A program made the position numbers and the translations under genes. Shown piece after piece: positions 49,046 to 59,110 of a DNA stretch of 64,000 nucleotides (positions are counted from its first letter, which is position 1; every line of letters starts with the position of its first letter). Where the stretch lies: contig CAVZQN010000001.1 of the NCBI GenBank assembly GCA_963777505.1, positions 576,001-640,000 of the forward strand, read 5' to 3'. Origin of the DNA: an uncultured bacterium. Its GTDB lineage: Bacteria > Acidobacteriota > HRBIN11 > JAKEFK01. The notes under the pieces were generated by a model. It was not told where the DNA came from. It was given only the letters and a program-made list of their open reading frames with translations, and did no database searches.

Positions 49046-49914
49046 CGATACTGCTTGGATTTACGATTCAAGTTAGGATCATCATCGCCTGTAATTTCAA
49101 GATACTTACGTAAATGCTCTCCTGATCGTGGAAAATCCCGCTTCTGCTCATATGCAAGAAAAAGCAGGTAATGCGCTGAAGATAGATTCGATTTTAGAGC
49201 GACTGCCCTTTCGTTTTCCAAAATTGAAAGATCCACTTCCCCTTCATGAAGATAAACGAGTCCAAGATTATTGTGTGCTTCCGCAAAATTTGGATTGATT
49301 TCGATCGTATTCAAAAAGGATCGTTTCGCCTTTGGATAATCCTTTTTACCTAAATAAATTGTGCCGAGATTATAGTGAGCTGATTCATTGTTTGGTTCGA
49401 TCCGCAATAATTTTTCATATGTAGAAAGAGCCTTGTCGTAATCCTGCATGATCATGTACGTTTCCGACAAACCTTGCAAAGTAGCGCCTGAAGACGGATC
49501 TATTTCACTTGCCCGCAAAAACGCTGCTTCAGCATTTTGATAGTCCATACGGTCACGCAAAATAAATCCGATCTGCTGCCAGGCTTTATCCATTTTGGGA
49601 TCAATCTCAACTGCCTGTTGATACGAAACAAGAGCTTCTTGATTGCGCAGCAATTTTTGTCTTGTTGCTCCCAGAAGAAAATGAACGCTCGCATCGTTAG
49701 GATGATTTTTTATAATGTCTTGAAGAACAGTCGACGCTTGCTCGTAATCCTTTTTTTGAAACAGATTTTTTGCGCGAGCTAAATCCTCTTTATAGTCCCT
49801 GGGTACTTCAACATTGCTATTCGTATTTTGATTTTGATTGACGTCGACTCTCACCGCTGTTTGAATTTGCCGTGTCATCTTTACCATTACGAATGACGAA
49901 ATAATAAAATCCAC
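49042..49914 (-). CDS. TPR domain, probably the frameshifted C-terminus of the upstream kinase
   Basis: About 6 TPRs (AHYNLGTIY, AHNNLGLVY); overlaps the kinase tail by about 100 bp with no clear start. Confidence 0.75.
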   Translation of the reverse strand: MDFIISSFVMVKMTRQIQTAVRVDVNQNQNTNSNVEVPRDYKEDLARAKNLFQKKDYEQASTVLQDIIKNHPNDASVHFLLGATRQKLLRNQEALVSYQQAVEIDPKMDKAWQQIGFILRDRMDYQNAEAAFLRASEIDPSSGATLQGLSETYMIMQDYDKALSTYEKLLRIEPNNESAHYNLGTIYLGKKDYPKAKRSFLNTIEINPNFAEAHNNLGLVYLHEGEVDLSILENERAVALKSNLSSAHYLLFLAYEQKRDFPRSGEHLRKYLEITGDDDPNLNRKSKQYR

Positions 49915-51076
49915 CTGCTACTGCAGAAACAGCAAGAAAAGAGACAAGCATCATTGCGCCAATCTTTAATACATTCCCCTGTCCTTCTATTGGTTTACCG
50001 GTTGGAATTCCCGTTGGCCCTGGAGGGTGAGAGTAACGGACGGAATCTGGCGTCGTTGTAGGGCCGGCATCCATTGAAGTTGGTGTTCCTCCCAAAACGG
50101 TTGGTGGAAGCGAAGAATTCGTCATTTGAATTGAGATATTTCCTGCCGTATTTGGTCTTTTCTCATCTGTTTCTACTGCAGTAGGAGCCGGTGCGATGTG
50201 ATATCGGGAAATCATTTGCGTGTGAGTAATTCCAACAACAGTCGCATTGTTCATTTCGCGATAATGACGCCTGGCATCTCGCAGCAAATTTGCCATTTCT
50301 GCTGCCGTTTGAAGCCGTTTACTTTTGTCTTTCTCAATACAACTATCAACAATCTTCTGCACTGGAGTTGTATCTACATTCATGAAGGTCGACAGCGGTT
50401 TGGGTTGTTCATGAACGATTTTGTAAAAAACACTCGCCATATCTCCAGGAAAGGCTTTTTCGTAAGTTAATACTTCGTACAAAATTGCACCGAGTGCAAA
50501 TACGTCACTTCTACCATCTACGCGTAAACCGCGCACCTGCTCAGGCGACATATAAAATGGCGTTCCCAGAACTGTCCCGGAGGCAGTCATGTTGGAATGC
50601 TCCATCTTCGCGATTCCAAAATCCATAATCTTTACAACCCCTTCTTGATCAACGCGGATATTGGAGGGCTTCAAATCGCGATGCACAATTTGATTCTTAT
50701 GCGCATAGGAGACCCCTTCGCAAACTTGAATCATCATGTTGAGACGGTCTTCAATGGATAATGCCGCTCGAGTCTTAATCATTTTTTCGAGGTCATCACC
50801 CTGAATAAACTCCATTGCGATGAACATTTGGGATTCAACTTCACCGAGATCGTAGATGGTAACGATGTTGGGGTGGCGTAAACCGCCGGCAGCTTGTGCT
50901 TCGCGAATGAACCGCTCACGAGCCATTTCGTCGTCAAGGGAAGGACCGCGCATGATCTTCAGCGCAACATATCTCCCCAGCGCAGGATCGTGAGCTTTAT
51001 ATACCTCACCCATTCCGCCTCTTCCGACGACGGAATCTATCACGTATTTACCGACTCTTTGCGGTATTTGGGCCAT
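49817..51076 (-). CDS. Ser/Thr protein kinase with TM anchor
   Basis: GRGGMGEVY, VALK, HRDLKPSN, DFG, GTPFYMSPE; Pro/Thr linker; TM. Confidence 0.92.
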   Translation of the reverse strand: MAQIPQRVGKYVIDSVVGRGGMGEVYKAHDPALGRYVALKIMRGPSLDDEMARERFIREAQAAGGLRHPNIVTIYDLGEVESQMFIAMEFIQGDDLEKMIKTRAALSIEDRLNMMIQVCEGVSYAHKNQIVHRDLKPSNIRVDQEGVVKIMDFGIAKMEHSNMTASGTVLGTPFYMSPEQVRGLRVDGRSDVFALGAILYEVLTYEKAFPGDMASVFYKIVHEQPKPLSTFMNVDTTPVQKIVDSCIEKDKSKRLQTAAEMANLLRDARRHYREMNNATVVGITHTQMISRYHIAPAPTAVETDEKRPNTAGNISIQMTNSSLPPTVLGGTPTSMDAGPTTTPDSVRYSHPPGPTGIPTGKPIEGQGNVLKIGAMMLVSFLAVSAVAGGFYYFVIRNGKDDTANSNSGESRRQSKSKYE

Positions 51077-51127
51077 AAGTTTAGACAGACTAGGATAACA
51101 TCTTTAAGTCTATGGGGTTAGGGTTGT

Positions 51128-52753
51128 TTAACCGCCAAAGTGCGTTTTATGCAAATTTTCTACTGTTTCCAGCGTATCAATCTCGTCCGGTTTTTTATCC
51201 CATCGAATTCTTTTGATGCGCGGAAACCTTAGCGCAAAACCGCTGGAATGCCGATCGCTCCGATTAATCCTGTCAAAAGTCACTTCCAAAACGACTTGAG
51301 GTTTCACCTGATGATAATAGCCGCGGTTCCCTGAAGAAATTTCGTGAAATAAGGATGATAATTGCTGCATTTCAACGTCAGTGATCCCTGAATATGCCTT
51401 TCCAATTGTAAGTAACTCCCCTTTGTGCTGCACTGCAAAAGTGTAATCAGACAAAACACCGGCTCGTTTGCCGTGGCCGTACTCTGCAGCGACAACAACG
51501 ACATCAAGCGTTGCCAATGTTCGTTTCAATTTCAACCAGGTTTTTCCGCGTTTTCCGGGGGAATATGTAGAATCGGGATGTTTAATAACAAGACCTTCAT
51601 TGTTGCGATCACGTGCGCCTTCAAATGATTCTTCCAAACTTTGAGGATTTTGAACAATTTTAGAAGTAGAAGGAGAGAATGAATTCTGATTTTCCTCCCA
51701 CAATGAAAACAACCGGCTCTTGCGCTGGGTCAATGGTAGAAATATCAACAAATCACCTTCTATATATAGAAGATCAAAAGCAAAATAACGCGTTGGAACA
51801 GCTTCAAGAATTTCTTTCGCGATTAATTTTCGACCCAACCTGATTTGAAGTTCAGCAAAACTTAAAATCTGTTCATCACGATACGGTACGATTTCACCAT
51901 CCATTAAGAATGATCCCGGAATTTTTGCAATCGCACTCACGATATCAGGAAAGGAGGCTGTAATATCATCTAGATCCCGTGAATAAATCCGAATCTCATC
52001 ACGATCCTTGTGCACCTGTGCTCGAATCCCATCATATTTATCTTCTGCGAGTCCGGTTCCGTTCATGTACTCCAGAATCTTGGAGACGTCTTCTTCTGGA
52101 GAAGCAAGCATTGGCTTTATGGGATGCAGCAATTGCATTTGAGCTTGATCCAATTTTCCGGCTCGAGCCATTAATGCGGTTTCACCAATGTCGCCAATCA
52201 ACATGTTCGCAAATTGAACCTGCTTTAAAGTCCTGTTAAAAGCTTTAGCAATCGAAGACTCAACAAGGCTCTCCTGCAATCCAATCCTCATTCCACCTAA
52301 CAAAATTTTCGTGATGTACTTTGCTTCCAACGGAGTTGAACGTTCCAAAATTTCTCGCGTAAAGGCACGCTTCTTTATCAAGGATCCCGTTTCACCAAGA
52401 GCATGATAGTACGCTTGAACATCCAGCAAGCGGAGTGATGCAGGCACGTTATGATTTCCCGCTTTGAGGACTTCAAAAATAGCTGTTCCTGGGTCACCGG
52501 TTTTTAATAAAGCAGAACCGAATTGCTCCAGAGCATGAGGTGCAATCTCCAGCAAAGCCTCACGGACAACAGCAAACCCCGCATTCGTTGTTCGCTGTTC
52601 CCGGAGCGCAAATGGAGAGCCGGACATGAAAATCGCAGCAAGCCGGAGATCCTCATCGGTCAATGAATGCAGGTAATCCGCGAGAATGCGCTCCTTTTCA
52701 AGCTTTTTCGTTGTCGCTGCAATCTTTTCGCAAGTCTCAGAGAATGTGTACAT
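51128..52753 (-). CDS. ATP-dependent DNA ligase
   Basis: KPMLA, EDKYDGIR, EGLVIK, WLKLK, ALRFPRI; N-terminal DNA-binding domain. Confidence 0.93.
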   Translation of the reverse strand: MYTFSETCEKIAATTKKLEKERILADYLHSLTDEDLRLAAIFMSGSPFALREQRTTNAGFAVVREALLEIAPHALEQFGSALLKTGDPGTAIFEVLKAGNHNVPASLRLLDVQAYYHALGETGSLIKKRAFTREILERSTPLEAKYITKILLGGMRIGLQESLVESSIAKAFNRTLKQVQFANMLIGDIGETALMARAGKLDQAQMQLLHPIKPMLASPEEDVSKILEYMNGTGLAEDKYDGIRAQVHKDRDEIRIYSRDLDDITASFPDIVSAIAKIPGSFLMDGEIVPYRDEQILSFAELQIRLGRKLIAKEILEAVPTRYFAFDLLYIEGDLLIFLPLTQRKSRLFSLWEENQNSFSPSTSKIVQNPQSLEESFEGARDRNNEGLVIKHPDSTYSPGKRGKTWLKLKRTLATLDVVVVAAEYGHGKRAGVLSDYTFAVQHKGELLTIGKAYSGITDVEMQQLSSLFHEISSGNRGYYHQVKPQVVLEVTFDRINRSDRHSSGFALRFPRIKRIRWDKKPDEIDTLETVENLHKTHFGG

Positions 52754-52872
52754 GGTTTTAATAATCTTATTAATTTAGTGCACTTTGTGCCTTTGTAGTA
52801 ATCCTTATACTCAGAACAAATTAAACTGGAAAGCGTATAGAATGAAGGATATCTTTGTCCTTTGGAGGAATC

Positions 52873-54594
52873 ATGCTCAAAAATCTCCTGCAATACCTGC
52901 TGTTTTCCTTGCTTTCCTTTGTTGTGTTTTTAGTGGCAATCGTAATCATCGCAGTAGTAACAATGGGTCCAGATGTCAAAGAAAACAGCATCCTCGTATT
53001 AGATGTTTCAGGTCCAGTTCTTGAGGAAGGTCCGCAGGGATTTATAGAAAAATTCATGGTTGGAGATGTTTTAACGACTCGTGAAATTATGACTTCTCTT
53101 GAAAAAGCAAAGAATGACAGCCGCATTAAAGGGGTTCTCGTTACAGCTCTAAACTCTCAATTGGGCTTAGGAAAGGCGCAGGAAATCCGATCTGGCATCA
53201 AAAGATTTTCCAAATCCAAACCGGCATATGGCTACATCGAAGAGGGTGATGCCAAAGAATATTATATGTGCTCTGCTGCACAAAAGTTGTTTTTGGCTCC
53301 TGCAGGTGAGGGTGGAATTAATCTGACTGGTTTACGTGCGGAAATGCCATTCTTAAAAGGCACATTAGATAAACTCGGAATCATTGCTGAGTGGGATCAT
53401 ATCGGTGAGTACAAAAGCGCAAGCGAAATGTGGACTCGTGAATCAATGTCTGAAGCGAATCGCGAAGCGACCGAATCACTTTTAAACAGTCTCTATGAAC
53501 GGCTCACCGGAGATATCGCGAAAGATCGAAAACTTTCGCAAGCAAGAGTTAAGCAAATCATCGATGAAGGCCCTCCGATTCGAACTGAAGCAAAGCAAAA
53601 AGGACTTGTTGACGATTTGCTCTATCGCGATCAGGTGGATGAAAGGATCAAGAAAGAGTTAAAACTGAAAGATATCGAATGGATCGGGATTCGTAAGTAC
53701 AAAGAGCCGACATTTACAGAAACATACAGCGGGGCCGGCAGCAAAATTGGAATCATTTACGCAACGGGTGCAATAACGCCTGGTGAATCCTCAAAAGGAT
53801 ATTCCGAAAGCACACTTGGATCGTCAACGATTACCCAGGCGATTCGGCAGGCCCGTGAAGATAAAACCGTAAAAGCAATCGTTCTCAGAGTCGATTCTCC
53901 GGGTGGCTCAGCAGTTGCTTCCGATCTGATCTGGCGTGAAATCGTCATTACCAAAAGCAAAAAACCTGTAGTCGTTTCAATGGCGGATGTCGCTGCAAGC
54001 GGTGGATACTATGTGTCAATGGGAGCATCAAAGATTCTGGCTGATCCTTCAACCGTAACAGGCTCAATTGGTGTTGTATTCGGGAAGTTTTATATGAAGG
54101 GTCTGTACGATAAGATCGGAATGACAAAAGAAATTGTTAAAAAAGGGGAACACGCAGATCTATACAGCGATTATGTTCAGTTTGATGAAGAGGAATGGAA
54201 AATGATGCGCAATCATATGGCCGCCATCTATGATGCGTTTACACGCAAAGCCGCAGAAGGCAGGAAAAAAACGCAACAAGAAATTGATGCGATCGGTAGA
54301 GGCCGCGTTTGGTCAGGCGATCAAGCTCTGCAATTAGGACTCATTGACCAATTAGGTGGACTTCAGGATGCAATCTGGGAGGCTCGTAAACTCGCAAAAA
54401 TTCCGGAAAAAGAAGAAGTAGGAATCGGAGTTTATCCCGCTAGAAAAGGCGGATGGGCAGATATTGTTGCCACCGGAACTCAAGCGAATATTTCATTACC
54501 CGATGAAATTACACGAATGCTGACTCTAGCAAAGATTACGGACCGCGAAAATTTGATTTATTTCATGCCTTACGATTTCAAACTGGGCCGATAG
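52873..54594 (+). CDS. sppA: Signal peptide peptidase SppA, 67K type
   Basis: GEYKSA, RVDSPGGS, SMADVAASGGY, TGSIGV, GRVWSG; GGAGG RBS. Confidence 0.93.
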   Translation: MLKNLLQYLLFSLLSFVVFLVAIVIIAVVTMGPDVKENSILVLDVSGPVLEEGPQGFIEKFMVGDVLTTREIMTSLEKAKNDSRIKGVLVTALNSQLGLGKAQEIRSGIKRFSKSKPAYGYIEEGDAKEYYMCSAAQKLFLAPAGEGGINLTGLRAEMPFLKGTLDKLGIIAEWDHIGEYKSASEMWTRESMSEANREATESLLNSLYERLTGDIAKDRKLSQARVKQIIDEGPPIRTEAKQKGLVDDLLYRDQVDERIKKELKLKDIEWIGIRKYKEPTFTETYSGAGSKIGIIYATGAITPGESSKGYSESTLGSSTITQAIRQAREDKTVKAIVLRVDSPGGSAVASDLIWREIVITKSKKPVVVSMADVAASGGYYVSMGASKILADPSTVTGSIGVVFGKFYMKGLYDKIGMTKEIVKKGEHADLYSDYVQFDEEEWKMMRNHMAAIYDAFTRKAAEGRKKTQQEIDAIGRGRVWSGDQALQLGLIDQLGGLQDAIWEARKLAKIPEKEEVGIGVYPARKGGWADIVATGTQANISLPDEITRMLTLAKITDRENLIYFMPYDFKLGR

Positions 54595-54626
54595 TCCTTT
54601 TTGCTATGGCGCGATAGAATAATCAC

Positions 54627-55568
54627 ATGAAAAGTGTTGCATTTGTTGAAGGCCAGTTTGTTCCGCTCGAAGATGCCAAAATTAGCATCATGACCCATGC
54701 GTTCCTTTATGGAACAGCAGTTTTTGAAGGAATCCGCGCATACTATAACAAAGATCAAGATGAACTTTTCATTTTCCGTGCTCATGACCATTTTCGTCGA
54801 TTTAAAAATAGCTGCCGTCTGCTCAAGATTGAGCTTCCGCTAAACGAAACACAGCTTGTGGATCTCACCGTCGATTTACTTCAGCAAAACGAATTTCATG
54901 AAGATGTTTACATCAGACCGGTAGGGTATAAATCTTCGCGCAGGATCGGCCTCAAATTAGATGATCAAAATGATTTTCTGCTGTTCTCAGTTCCGATGGG
55001 TTCGTATCTTTCACGCGAACATCCTTTAAGGCTGATGGTGTCTTCCTGGAGACGGATTGAAGACAACGCAATCCCAGCGCGATCCAAGATCAATGGAAGT
55101 TATGTGAATCTTGCTCTGGCCGCAAATGAAGCAAGGGAAAACGGATTCGATGAAGCCATACTTTTAAATGAAGACGGAAGTGTTTCAGAAGCCGCAGGAA
55201 TGAATCTCTTTATTGTTCGTGATGGCACTCTTATTACAGCACCGGTTACCGATAATGTTTTAGAAGGCATCACGCGGGATACAATTTTCCAAATTGCAAC
55301 CAACCTGAAAGTGCCACATATCGAACGAACAATTGATCGCAGCGAATTATATATAGCTGACGAATTATTCCTTTGTGGAACGGGTGCGGAAGTTTCAGCG
55401 GCAGGCTTCGTAGATAATCGTCCGGTCGGAACAGGTGAAGTCGGGCCAATTACATCACAAATCCAAAAGTCATATTTCCAGATCGTCCGGGGCGAGGGCG
55501 CAACACATCCGGATTGGCTTACTCCAGTTTTGAAGTCTGCTCGGGAATTGAATGTTCAGAAATCCTGA
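54627..55568 (+). CDS. ilvE: Branched-chain amino acid aminotransferase
   Basis: YGTAVFEGIR, YIRP, SKINGSY, LEGITR, GTGAE. Confidence 0.92.
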   Translation: MKSVAFVEGQFVPLEDAKISIMTHAFLYGTAVFEGIRAYYNKDQDELFIFRAHDHFRRFKNSCRLLKIELPLNETQLVDLTVDLLQQNEFHEDVYIRPVGYKSSRRIGLKLDDQNDFLLFSVPMGSYLSREHPLRLMVSSWRRIEDNAIPARSKINGSYVNLALAANEARENGFDEAILLNEDGSVSEAAGMNLFIVRDGTLITAPVTDNVLEGITRDTIFQIATNLKVPHIERTIDRSELYIADELFLCGTGAEVSAAGFVDNRPVGTGEVGPITSQIQKSYFQIVRGEGATHPDWLTPVLKSARELNVQKS

Positions 55569-55965
55569 TGATTCCGTAATCCGCGATATCCTTACAAAAC
55601 ATCGTACTATAGCTGTAGTAGGATGTTCTCCTAAACCGGTCCGTGATAGCAATTCTATTGCCCGCCTTTTGATTTCACGCGGAAATCATGTCATTCCTGT
55701 CAACCCCGGACATCGCGAGATCCTTGGATTGCCTTGCTATCCCAACTTGCTTCAGATTCCTGAAAAAGTCGATATGGTTGATGTGTTCAGAAGGTCTGAA
55801 TATGTTCCTGAGATTGCAGAACATGCTGTATCGATTGGCGCAAAAATACTCTGGACTCAATTAGGAGTCGAAAGTGAAGAGGCAGCAGAGCTCGCACAAA
55901 AAGCTGGCCTTATAGTCGTAATGAATCGTTGTCCCGCAATTGAGTATCGCCGTCTCGGAATTTGA
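55552..55965 (+). CDS. CoA-binding protein (YccU-like)
   Basis: TIAVVGCS..R.S, PVNP, DMVDVFRR, WTQLG, NRC. Confidence 0.92.
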   Translation: MFRNPDDSVIRDILTKHRTIAVVGCSPKPVRDSNSIARLLISRGNHVIPVNPGHREILGLPCYPNLLQIPEKVDMVDVFRRSEYVPEIAEHAVSIGAKILWTQLGVESEEAAELAQKAGLIVVMNRCPAIEYRRLGI

Positions 55966-55972
55966 ACCGGGA

Positions 55973-56773
55973 TTAGTGCAACACGAGTCCTGCATATCCA
56001 ACAACAGATTGATAGTCATTGGTTACATCACCCGATGTTGCATACTTCAGAAGTGATCCTTTCCTACAGTCAAGATCCTTCGCAGAAATCAACGTGGAAG
56101 TGGTTGGTAGATAGCCGCACATAGAAATTTCATGATTATGAATCGTATCGTATAGACCTCTCGCGTTCAGTTCTTCCATTTGTTTTATAGCCAAGCGATC
56201 TTTACGATTTGCGGATTCCTGCGTTTCATAGTGCGTCATGTCAGTGCTTGAAATGATCAGGACTTCCCGCGGAAAAGTTTGAACGATATCTGCAATTGCG
56301 TGCCCTAGCTCCTCAAGGTATTCATATCGCATCTGCCTCACACAAATCGGAAGAAATTTGATATCGCCTTTTAGATATTGCAGAAATGGAAGCTGAACTT
56401 CCAGAGAATGTTCTCGAATATGTGCGCGGCCATCTTTAGTTGCACGCGGAAAACGTTTGATCAATTCGCGTACAAGTTCCTGATCGACATAAGCCGAACC
56501 CAGCGGTGTCAGCCATTCTCCTTCTGGGTAAATATCAAAATCACTTCCCTGTCCCGTATGATTCGGACACAAAATAATGAACGTATCCGGAAGAATGACT
56601 GATGCATACACTTCACCGGCTACAGCACCTGAATAAATGTAGCCGGCATGGGGTACAACGATTGCATCTGCCCGCATCTTTTCACGTTCGGGAAGCAGTT
56701 TTTCAAGTTGTTGTTCCAGTTCTGATTTAGTTCCAGGGTAAAAATACCCGGCCACAGCCGGCTGTCGTTGCAT
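55973..56773 (-). CDS. MEMO1 family / AmmeMemoRadiSam protein B
   Basis: RQPAVAGYFYP, PHAGYIYSG, EHSLEVQLPFL, SSTDMTHY, MCG, VVGY. Confidence 0.93.
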   Translation of the reverse strand: MQRQPAVAGYFYPGTKSELEQQLEKLLPEREKMRADAIVVPHAGYIYSGAVAGEVYASVILPDTFIILCPNHTGQGSDFDIYPEGEWLTPLGSAYVDQELVRELIKRFPRATKDGRAHIREHSLEVQLPFLQYLKGDIKFLPICVRQMRYEYLEELGHAIADIVQTFPREVLIISSTDMTHYETQESANRKDRLAIKQMEELNARGLYDTIHNHEISMCGYLPTTSTLISAKDLDCRKGSLLKYATSGDVTNDYQSVVGYAGLVLH

Positions 56774-56843
56774 ATTTTCCTCTATAGCGCGAGTCTAAGA
56801 CTGGCCTGCTCATTATTGCCATTTTCAATTATGATAGACGAGT

Positions 56844-57302
56844 ATGGAAAAACACAAATTGCCGGATATTGAAGAGATTTTGAATCTTCTTCCACATCGG
56901 TACCCATTTGTTCTTATTGACAAAATTACTTCGATGGGGCCCGGCTGGAAAATTACCGGCATCAAAAATATCACATACAACGAATGGTATTTTCAGGGTC
57001 TTCCTGCGGTACTTCGAATTGTGCCTGCACTCATTTTATGTGAAGCAGTCGCACAACTTGGATCATTGCTCGTATTCCAGGAAGAGGAATCCAGAGGAAA
57101 AATTATTTACTTTACAGGTATTGAAAGAGTTCGCTTTCGACGCCCCGTTCGCCCAGGTGATACCTTGCATCTTGCCGGTGAGATTGTGCGTCGTAAAGGG
57201 CGCGTTGGCCGCTTTAAAGTTGAAGGCAGTGTTGACGGTCGAATTGTTCTGGAAGGAATTATGAGGTTTGCAATTGATAAGGGTAATGGAGGAATGGAAT
57301 GA
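56844..57302 (+). CDS. fabZ: FabZ-like hotdog-fold dehydratase, catalytic His apparently absent
   Basis: LPHRYPFVLID, KNIT.NE, EAVAQ, FRRPVRPGD. Confidence 0.8.
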   Translation: MEKHKLPDIEEILNLLPHRYPFVLIDKITSMGPGWKITGIKNITYNEWYFQGLPAVLRIVPALILCEAVAQLGSLLVFQEEESRGKIIYFTGIERVRFRRPVRPGDTLHLAGEIVRRKGRVGRFKVEGSVDGRIVLEGIMRFAIDKGNGGME

Positions 57303-58441
57303 AACCGCTTGAAACACTCGGTTTTTTCCAGAGCTTGCAAGAACAAATGATCAGCAAGCTAAAACAATGGGTTGAAATCGAATCACCTACTACTGATAAA
57401 TCTTCTGTTGATCAATTTGGCGATGAAGTTGCGGCATCGCTTGGTGAATTAGGAATGTCAGTAGAGATCGATTCACAACCATCACGCGGAAATCATATTG
57501 TTGCCAGATGGATCGGTAAGGGCCCAAAGATATTAATCATTGGACATATAGACACAGTGTGGGAATTAGGAACACTCGAACGAATGCCTTTTAGACGCGA
57601 AGGAGAAATTGCATACGGGCCCGGAATTTTCGACATGAAAGGTGGAATCGTTGTCACCTACTTTGCTTTACAGCTTTTACGCGAACATGGCCTTCACCAC
57701 AGTAATGTCACACTTCTTCTGAATTCTGATGAAGAAGAAGGGAGCGAAACCTCCCGTGGGTTAATTGAACGTGAAGCACAGAATGCTTCTTGCGCTTTCG
57801 TTCTAGAGCCTTCTGGCCCCGATAACGGCTTAAAAACAAAAAGGCGAGGCGTTGGAGAATACCTCATCCGCACGTTTGGCAGAGCTGCACACGCGGGAGT
57901 CGAACCCGAAAAAGGTGTCAGCGCGATCGAAGAACTCTGCCGGCAGATTTTAACAATTCAAAGCTGGAACAAAGAGCGATCCGGGATCAGCGCAAATGTG
58001 GACGTAGTTCATGGTGGCACGCGATCAAATGTAATTCCTGCAGAAGCTCAGGGAATTGTAGATGTTCGTTGTGATTCTCCGGAGGATAAAAGTTGGATTG
58101 AAGAACGCTTTAGTTCATTAAAGGCGATCCATCCTGGTGCGCGTCTTGTGGTTGAAGGTGGAGTGAATCGTCCTCCTCTTGTTCGATCGGCTCAGGTCCT
58201 TGAATTATTCAAAGATGCTTCAGAAATCGCTGCTTCTTTCAATTATTCTCTAAAAGAATATTGGACAGGTGGCGGTAGTGATGGCAATTTCACATCGGCT
58301 CTCGGAGTTCCAACTCTCGATGGTCTTGGAGTTGAAGGTGAAGGAGCCCATGCGGATCATGAACAAATTATTGTTTCTTCCCTTCCCCGCCGCGCAAACC
58401 TGCTCTATCACCTGATCCGTAAAAAAACAGGGTTGGTGTAA
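57299..58441 (+). CDS. M20 metallopeptidase (glutamate carboxypeptidase-like)
   Basis: GHIDTV, GPGIFDMKGG, DEEEGS, AHAG, GGGSDGN, LDGLG..AH. Confidence 0.92.
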   Translation: MKPLETLGFFQSLQEQMISKLKQWVEIESPTTDKSSVDQFGDEVAASLGELGMSVEIDSQPSRGNHIVARWIGKGPKILIIGHIDTVWELGTLERMPFRREGEIAYGPGIFDMKGGIVVTYFALQLLREHGLHHSNVTLLLNSDEEEGSETSRGLIEREAQNASCAFVLEPSGPDNGLKTKRRGVGEYLIRTFGRAAHAGVEPEKGVSAIEELCRQILTIQSWNKERSGISANVDVVHGGTRSNVIPAEAQGIVDVRCDSPEDKSWIEERFSSLKAIHPGARLVVEGGVNRPPLVRSAQVLELFKDASEIAASFNYSLKEYWTGGGSDGNFTSALGVPTLDGLGVEGEGAHADHEQIIVSSLPRRANLLYHLIRKKTGLV

Positions 58442-58462
58442 GAACATTCAGTCTCTCAGGTG

Positions 58463-59020
58463 TTATGAGCCTTTGATGAGTGGCAGAATTTTCTTAAATT
58501 CGGGCACATCGCTCCTTCCAAGTAACTCATAGATCAACATTTCGCTGGTTACAGGTAGGGCACCTGCTTTTACCATCCGCTCGAGACCCCTGATGTGATC
58601 TTCTTCTCGCCTGGCACCGACAGCATCGGTTACTACGGCTACATTTTTTCCTTGCTCAAGTAGATCCAATACTGTCTGAAGCACGCATATATGCGTTTCG
58701 ATCCCGGTAACCGCTACCCATTCTTTTGAATGTCGGTCCAACTCCTGTTTAAACCCTGGGTCGGCCCCGCAACTAAAAGTCGTCTTATCAAGAACATTCC
58801 CCTTGACTTTTGATCGAAAAATTTCGTCCAAATCGCCTAAACCCTTACGGTACTGGGTGGTCACAATTGTTGGAATTTGGAGTACTTCTGCTGTACCGAT
58901 TAGTGTTCCGGAATGCGCTACTATTCTTTTCGCAGCTGTAATCAAATCTAAGAGCTTCTTTTGTAAATCTATGAAAATAAATAAGATATCGTTCGATCTT
59001 AATCGTGGTATATTTGTCAT
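58463..59020 (-). CDS. Isochorismatase family hydrolase
   Basis: IDLQKKL, QYRKGLG, KTTFSC, GIETHICVLQT. Confidence 0.9.
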   Translation of the reverse strand: MTNIPRLRSNDILFIFIDLQKKLLDLITAAKRIVAHSGTLIGTAEVLQIPTIVTTQYRKGLGDLDEIFRSKVKGNVLDKTTFSCGADPGFKQELDRHSKEWVAVTGIETHICVLQTVLDLLEQGKNVAVVTDAVGARREEDHIRGLERMVKAGALPVTSEMLIYELLGRSDVPEFKKILPLIKGS

Positions 59021-59110
59021 AATACGTTCCTAAATTGACCGAAATCATACTACATTTATGATTCTTATTGATTCATTTCATCGTTCGGTGTATATTCTCA
59101 ACGGACAAAA

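Noticed and set aside
51114-51125. Telomere-like GGGGTTAGGGTT
   Set aside because: Only about 2 units; expected by chance.
51128-52753. DNA ligase as a phage or NHEJ marker
   Set aside because: No Ku, phage or integrase genes nearby; an ordinary chromosomal ATP-dependent ligase.
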